Source: an uncultured archaeon
Lineage (GTDB): Archaea > Thermoplasmatota > Penumbrarchaeia > JASLWR01
Length of the DNA stretch: 64,000 nucleotides
NCBI GenBank assembly: GCA_964342815.1
Contig: CAYFHS010000001.1
Span: 1-64,000, forward strand
Direction: 5' to 3'
The notes beneath the pieces were generated by a model. The model was not told where the DNA came from, did not search any database, and was given only the letters and a program-made list of their open reading frames with translations. This document shows, piece after piece, positions 59,420 through 64,000 of this stretch. A program made the position numbers and the translations under genes. Each line of letters begins with the position of its first letter. Position 1 is the first letter of the stretch.

Positions 59420-59983
59420 CTACTCCTCCTTACCCTTTCTTCTCATTCCAAACATCAAGATACCAACGATCGCTCCTACCAAGAACACTACAAGCACAAC
59501 CCCCACGAGCCACAACACCTTACCATCCCCTTCTTCCGCATTTTCTTGTCTTTCCCACCGTTCGCTGTCATCAGGATAAGCATCGTCCACGTTCAGTACC
59601 CCGTCCCCATCTCTGTCCGGATCGATGAAACCGGGTATCCCTTCTCTATTTTGATCTCTTGGATACAATGTATAATAAAGGGAATCTTCATCCGTTTCGG
59701 TATCCGGATACCAGTAAAAATAAGCTGTAAATGAAATAACAACAAGGGAGATGATAACTGCAACAAGAAAAAGTAAACGACCCTGTTTCTTACTCTTATA
59801 TTCTATCTGTTTTAGGCGTTTCTTCTCTTCTTTCATGGATGAATGTTCGAAATAATAGTTGCAACTGGGACAGAACTTTTTGTTTCTTTCCGCTGTAAAA
59901 ACGAATTTCTTGCATTTGGGACATATTCGTATCTTAGTGTCGGCTTTGCCACCTTTCACTTTCGACATAATATCCACCATCAT
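59420..59983 (-). CDS. Small membrane protein: zinc ribbon, TM, TSP3-like Ca-binding motif, TM
   Basis: CPKC..CPSC; two hydrophobic helices; DPDRDGDGVLNVDDAYP. Confidence 0.7.
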   Translation of the reverse strand: MMVDIMSKVKGGKADTKIRICPKCKKFVFTAERNKKFCPSCNYYFEHSSMKEEKKRLKQIEYKSKKQGRLLFLVAVIISLVVISFTAYFYWYPDTETDEDSLYYTLYPRDQNREGIPGFIDPDRDGDGVLNVDDAYPDDSERWERQENAEEGDGKVLWLVGVVLVVFLVGAIVGILMFGMRRKGKEE

Positions 59984-60082
59984 ACGTTATATGCACCAAT
60001 GTTACCTTCAAACTTCTACATTTAAATGTTCGTTCTCTAAATTAAGCTTTATTGAATATCATTCATCCCCTTCTTCCCTTTT

Positions 60083-63000
60083 CTAGCCATCACTATCCTT
60101 TCCAACCCTCCCCAACTCATCCACCGCACCACCTTCTATCTTCTCCTCACCCGTACCCTCCTTCCTTCTGACCAATATCACTCCCCCAATCACTACGAGC
60201 ATCAACACTGCACCCAAAATTATCACTAGCCACCATACCGTACCGTCCCTTTCTTCCACTATTTTCTCCGCTTCCCATCGATCTCCGTCATCGGGATAAG
60301 CGTCGTCCACGTTCGCTACCCCGTCTCCGTCTCTGTCTGGGTCCAGGGAATCGGGTATGCCGTCTCGGTCGATGTCCTGTGGGACCGATAAATTATTCCG
60401 GGGATCCGTACCGACTTGCGTCTCAATGGTGTCATTCCAGCCGTCACCATCTGAATCTAATGGGGTCTGGTTGTTATAATTGTATTCTACATACATTGTT
60501 AGTAAATCCTCGTTCGTAGGAATTCTACAATCCTGGTTTCCATCAGTTGCGATAAAATAATATCCATGAAATCCCTCGGGCAAATTTAGAGAATATTCGT
60601 ATCTAATTCCATCCGAAAAATTAAACCGCTTGGGATCATCCTTAATCATTGAATACCAGAAATTACCAATTATCAAACTAATATTCGCCGGGGGATCATT
60701 ATCAACATCCATGTAATGCACGTAGAATGTGAAATTCATGGACGTATCTCCATTATTTGGTGTGACATTCCCATCATACAAGATTGGCGGATCGTTGACG
60801 TTCCATACGCGAAGCAGGAACTCGCTGTAGCCCCAACCGTCATTTCCATCTGAAACAGTGATATTGACCATATAGATACCTACATCGTCATTCGTTGGTG
60901 TTCCATTCAATATGCCAGTATTGGAATTTATCGACAGCCATGTAGCATTCGTCATAAGGGACCATGAAATCAACCCCTGCCCATCATCAGTTGAATTGTA
61001 TTCGTTATAGTATACCTCATCCTGATATATTTCAACGATATTTCGAGTGGTAATAATAGGAGGTGTATTCAATACATCGAAAATGAAATTGAAAAAGTCT
61101 TCACCGTCGTTACCGTCATCTATAGAAACGTTTATGTTATACTTTCCCACATCGTGATTCGTTGGATGACCGAATAGAACTCCAGATGTCGAATTCTGGC
61201 TTAACCAATCTGCATTTGTATCAAGATCCCATGTAGTGCTCCCCTCGCCCTCATCGGTTGAGTTTAGGTCTAAAAATAATTCTTCATCCTCATAAACGTA
61301 ATACCTGTCGGGTAAAAAGATTTCGGGGGATGTATTATTAACAACAATAGTGAAATTTATCTCATCCCAATAAATAATACCTTGAACATGGAGATTGACC
61401 CAATATGTACCCACATGGAGATTGAAAGGGAATCCAACGAGGCTGTTAGTGAATTCATCCCAGAATAACCAGGGCGCATTGGTATTGAGGGTCCACGACT
61501 CAGGTTTCTCTCCTGTAGTATTGAAATGTAGTGAGTAGTTATCATCCTCGCTCAAATATACAATTGTAGGTCTTGTCTCAAGATATATGCCTGGTCTAAT
61601 GCTGAGATTGATTAGTATCGTTAGGTCTTTCATGGATGAAATCTCAACCCAACCCCATCCACTTGCATTGATCCATCTATAGCGGTCGTGGGTGCGGTTG
61701 GCAATGGTAATCTCACCACGGAACTTCCCAGTGTTTTCTCCGCTCTCTAATAATCTCAATCTGAATCGATTATTAGGGTTAGATTTTCCTTTGACCCAGA
61801 CCTGGGCAACATTCTTCCGAGATGGATTTCTATCGTTCGCCCTCAGTTCTAAGAATATCTTGTTACCAGCGTATACGTAGGAAATTTCTTGTGAGTATTC
61901 ATCGTCAGAATAGGCTTTGACAGAGGTGATGGATGTGGGTCGGGAGTTGAGATCCGGAAAGATGAGGTATGTCTGGCCAGCGTCACTACCTCCCTCGTCA
62001 TTTTTGTTTGCTCCAATCAGAATGTCGTCATATCCGTCTCCGTTGACATCGCCCCCACCTGCTACTGAATATCCAGACCAGTCGTATGCGTCTTCTCCCC
62101 AGAATGATGCGTCCGATGCGGATAGATCGGTGTCCATAACCCAGCCGGAGGGCTTGCCTAATATAAGGTATGACTGGCCTGCTCGATAATTATTGTTGCG
62201 GTTTCGATATGCTCCAATCAGAATGTCGTCATATCCGTCCCCATTAACATCTCCCGCACCTGCAACCGAACCTCCAGAACTGTCCCATTGGTCTTCTCCT
62301 AAGAAGGATATGTCTGATGTTGAGACGTCCATATCCATGAACCAGCCAGAAGCTTTGCCGAGTATGAGGTATGTTTTCCCTTTTGACTGACCGAAGCCGG
62401 GAGCTCCAATCAGAATGTCGTCGTATTCATCCCCGTTAACATCACCCCCACTTGCGACTGACCATCCGGAAACACTGCCTATGCCCTTTCCCCAAAAAGA
62501 TGCGTCCGAATCGGAGAGGTTTGTGTCCATGGCCCATCCCGAACCTTTTCCAAAGATGAGGTATGTTTGGCCGGAAGCTAATCCACCACTTTCATCCTCG
62601 TATGCTCCAATCAGAATGTCGTCATATCCATCTCCGTTGACGTCTCCTGCACCTGTGACGGAGCATCCAGAACAGTCGCCTCCGTCCTCCCCTAAAAACG
62701 ATGCGTCTGAATCAGAGAGGCTTGTGTCCATGGCCCAGCCTGAGCTCTTGCCGAATATGAGATATGTCTGACCTGTATAATCACCACCGCTGTTCTCGTC
62801 ACCGAATGCTCCAATCAGAATGTCATCGTATCCATCCCCGTTGACGTCTCCTGCACCTGCGATCGATATCCCCGAATAGTCTTGTTGGTCTTCTCCCCAA
62901 AATGATGCGTCCGAATCAGAGAGGTCGGTGCCCATGGACCACCCGGAAACCTTTCCTAGTATGAGATATGTCTGGCCTGCACGAGAACCACCGTCCTCAT

Positions 63001-63427
63001 CATAGACTGCTCCAATCAGAATATCGTCATATCCGTCTCCGTTGACATCCCCCGCTCCAGCAATCGAGGCTCCAGAGCCGTCATCAGAGTCCTCTCCCAG
63101 AAATGATGCGTCTGAATTGGAGAGGTTTGTGTCCATGGACCACCCGGAAGCTCTGCCGAATATGAGATATGTCTGACCTGAATGATTCCCAGCATCATCG
63201 TCACCGTTTGCTCCGATCAGAATGTCGTCATATCCATCTCCGTTGACATCCCCCGTAACTGCGATCGAGCCCCCGGACCAGTCATCGGCGTTCTCCCCCC
63301 AGAATGATGCATCAACATTCCCGAGATCCTGGTTCATCCCATAATCCAGCGCCTTAGAAGATATTGGAATGAGAAGCATTGAGACTATCATCAGGAATAT
63401 CGTGCCCAAAGCGAATTCTTTTCTCAT
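60083..63427 (-). CDS. FG-GAP 7-bladed propeller surface protein with Ig repeats, TSP3-like motif and TM (paralog of 31242-35981)
   Basis: Seven GDVNGDxYDDILIG repeats; post-propeller domain shared with the paralog (RLLESGENTGKFRG / RLHETGPNTGKYRG); TM followed by RRK. Confidence 0.9.
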   Translation of the reverse strand: MRKEFALGTIFLMIVSMLLIPISSKALDYGMNQDLGNVDASFWGENADDWSGGSIAVTGDVNGDGYDDILIGANGDDDAGNHSGQTYLIFGRASGWSMDTNLSNSDASFLGEDSDDGSGASIAGAGDVNGDGYDDILIGAVYDEDGGSRAGQTYLILGKVSGWSMGTDLSDSDASFWGEDQQDYSGISIAGAGDVNGDGYDDILIGAFGDENSGGDYTGQTYLIFGKSSGWAMDTSLSDSDASFLGEDGGDCSGCSVTGAGDVNGDGYDDILIGAYEDESGGLASGQTYLIFGKGSGWAMDTNLSDSDASFWGKGIGSVSGWSVASGGDVNGDEYDDILIGAPGFGQSKGKTYLILGKASGWFMDMDVSTSDISFLGEDQWDSSGGSVAGAGDVNGDGYDDILIGAYRNRNNNYRAGQSYLILGKPSGWVMDTDLSASDASFWGEDAYDWSGYSVAGGGDVNGDGYDDILIGANKNDEGGSDAGQTYLIFPDLNSRPTSITSVKAYSDDEYSQEISYVYAGNKIFLELRANDRNPSRKNVAQVWVKGKSNPNNRFRLRLLESGENTGKFRGEITIANRTHDRYRWINASGWGWVEISSMKDLTILINLSIRPGIYLETRPTIVYLSEDDNYSLHFNTTGEKPESWTLNTNAPWLFWDEFTNSLVGFPFNLHVGTYWVNLHVQGIIYWDEINFTIVVNNTSPEIFLPDRYYVYEDEELFLDLNSTDEGEGSTTWDLDTNADWLSQNSTSGVLFGHPTNHDVGKYNINVSIDDGNDGEDFFNFIFDVLNTPPIITTRNIVEIYQDEVYYNEYNSTDDGQGLISWSLMTNATWLSINSNTGILNGTPTNDDVGIYMVNITVSDGNDGWGYSEFLLRVWNVNDPPILYDGNVTPNNGDTSMNFTFYVHYMDVDNDPPANISLIIGNFWYSMIKDDPKRFNFSDGIRYEYSLNLPEGFHGYYFIATDGNQDCRIPTNEDLLTMYVEYNYNNQTPLDSDGDGWNDTIETQVGTDPRNNLSVPQDIDRDGIPDSLDPDRDGDGVANVDDAYPDDGDRWEAEKIVEERDGTVWWLVIILGAVLMLVVIGGVILVRRKEGTGEEKIEGGAVDELGRVGKDSDG

Positions 63428-63542
63428 TATGACTACCTTTTAAAAATAGTTTCTCGACTTTACAATTAATATATGAATTTATAGTTACAATAATAATTAA
63501 ATTTTTGTCCTACATTTTCAATTCTTGGGTTATTGTCGTATC

Positions 63543-63719
63543 CTTGCTCCATTGCACTTCATTGTCGTTTAGGGAACATAACGGACCGGTCTGTATGCTA
63601 AGTTCTGCGGGTGGGGATAGTATACGGTCGATCCAACAGTACGGTGAGGGAAAATAGGTCGGAAGCCGTAAGAGCGAAAACCGCCAAGTTGTTGGTTATG
63701 CAAAGTCGTTAGGAGCAAG
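63543..63719 (+). other. Structured intergenic element (attC-like site or ncRNA)
   Basis: Outer stem cttgctcc/ggagcaag; ACATAAC (63576-82) and GTTAGGA (63708-14) core-like ends; internal hairpins 63583-63634 and 63640-63670. Confidence 0.4.
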
Positions 63720-63828
63720 CTTTTAAGTGCCTCGGTTTGCCATTTGAGTGGAAAAAAGCTCATCTATTCATCAAGAAGTATTTTGAAAGAGGAAACTATT
63801 TAAATTAGTTTCCCTCTATGAAATACTT

Positions 63829-64000
63829 ATGAAGCGAGATGTATTCATTGAAATTATACAGGACTTTAAAGAAAAATCACTCCCGGAATTGGTGGAACGT
63901 GAAACGATACTGAAAAGACCTACCGTAAAAAAAATAATTTCTGTGATCGGGCCTCGCAGAGCAGGTAAAACCTATTATATTTTCAATATTATAAAAAACC
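63829..64000 (+). CDS. AAA_14/DUF4143 ATPase, 5' part (runs off the window)
   Basis: MKRDVFIEIIQDF..LVERE..IISVIGPRRAGKTYY. Confidence 0.85.
   Translation, partial: MKRDVFIEIIQDFKEKSLPELVERETILKRPTVKKIISVIGPRRAGKTYYIFNIIKN

Noticed and set aside
62010-63240. Regularly spaced ~26-nt direct repeats resembling a CRISPR array
   Set aside because: Spacing is about 200 nt and in multiples of 3, and the repeats encode the GD..DDILIG motif of FG-GAP blades; no cas genes

Overview
Archaeal chromosomal segment. Evidence: CarS, pantoate kinase, archaeal CoaBC, RNase P RNA plus Pop5/Rpp21, and GGAGG/GGTGA Shine-Dalgarno sites. The many single-pass surface proteins and extracellular S8 and C25 peptidases suggest an uncultured Thermoplasmata-like heterotroph (inference). 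About half of the window encodes large membrane-anchored surface proteins: an S8 protease, two tandem acidic-tailed paralogs, PKD proteins, two 7-bladed FG-GAP proteins, a vWA protein, a DUF4091/GH123-like protein and a gingipain-like C25 peptidase. These are interspersed with housekeeping genes (RNase P, CoA and lipid synthesis, TruA, a release-factor paralog). Most notable: (1) a three-gene DndD-like SMC-ATPase module translationally coupled inside an rnpB-pop5-rpp21-yhbY cluster, with no dndA/dndC or helicase/nuclease partner in the window; (2) a stand-alone three-gene contractile-tail baseplate-wedge operon with no tube, sheath or spike; (3) two tandem CorA-topology paralogs that both appear to initiate at AUA; (4) an integrin-alpha-like propeller receptor with a cytoplasmic RING-like finger; (5) several structured non-coding elements, including a hairpin present twice with a compensatory base-pair change and a solitary attC-like site. 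I found no CRISPR array, tRNA, rRNA, integrase or transposase. All family assignments come from motif recognition by eye, not database searches. Several starts are re-assigned relative to the ORF track using SD sites and homology.
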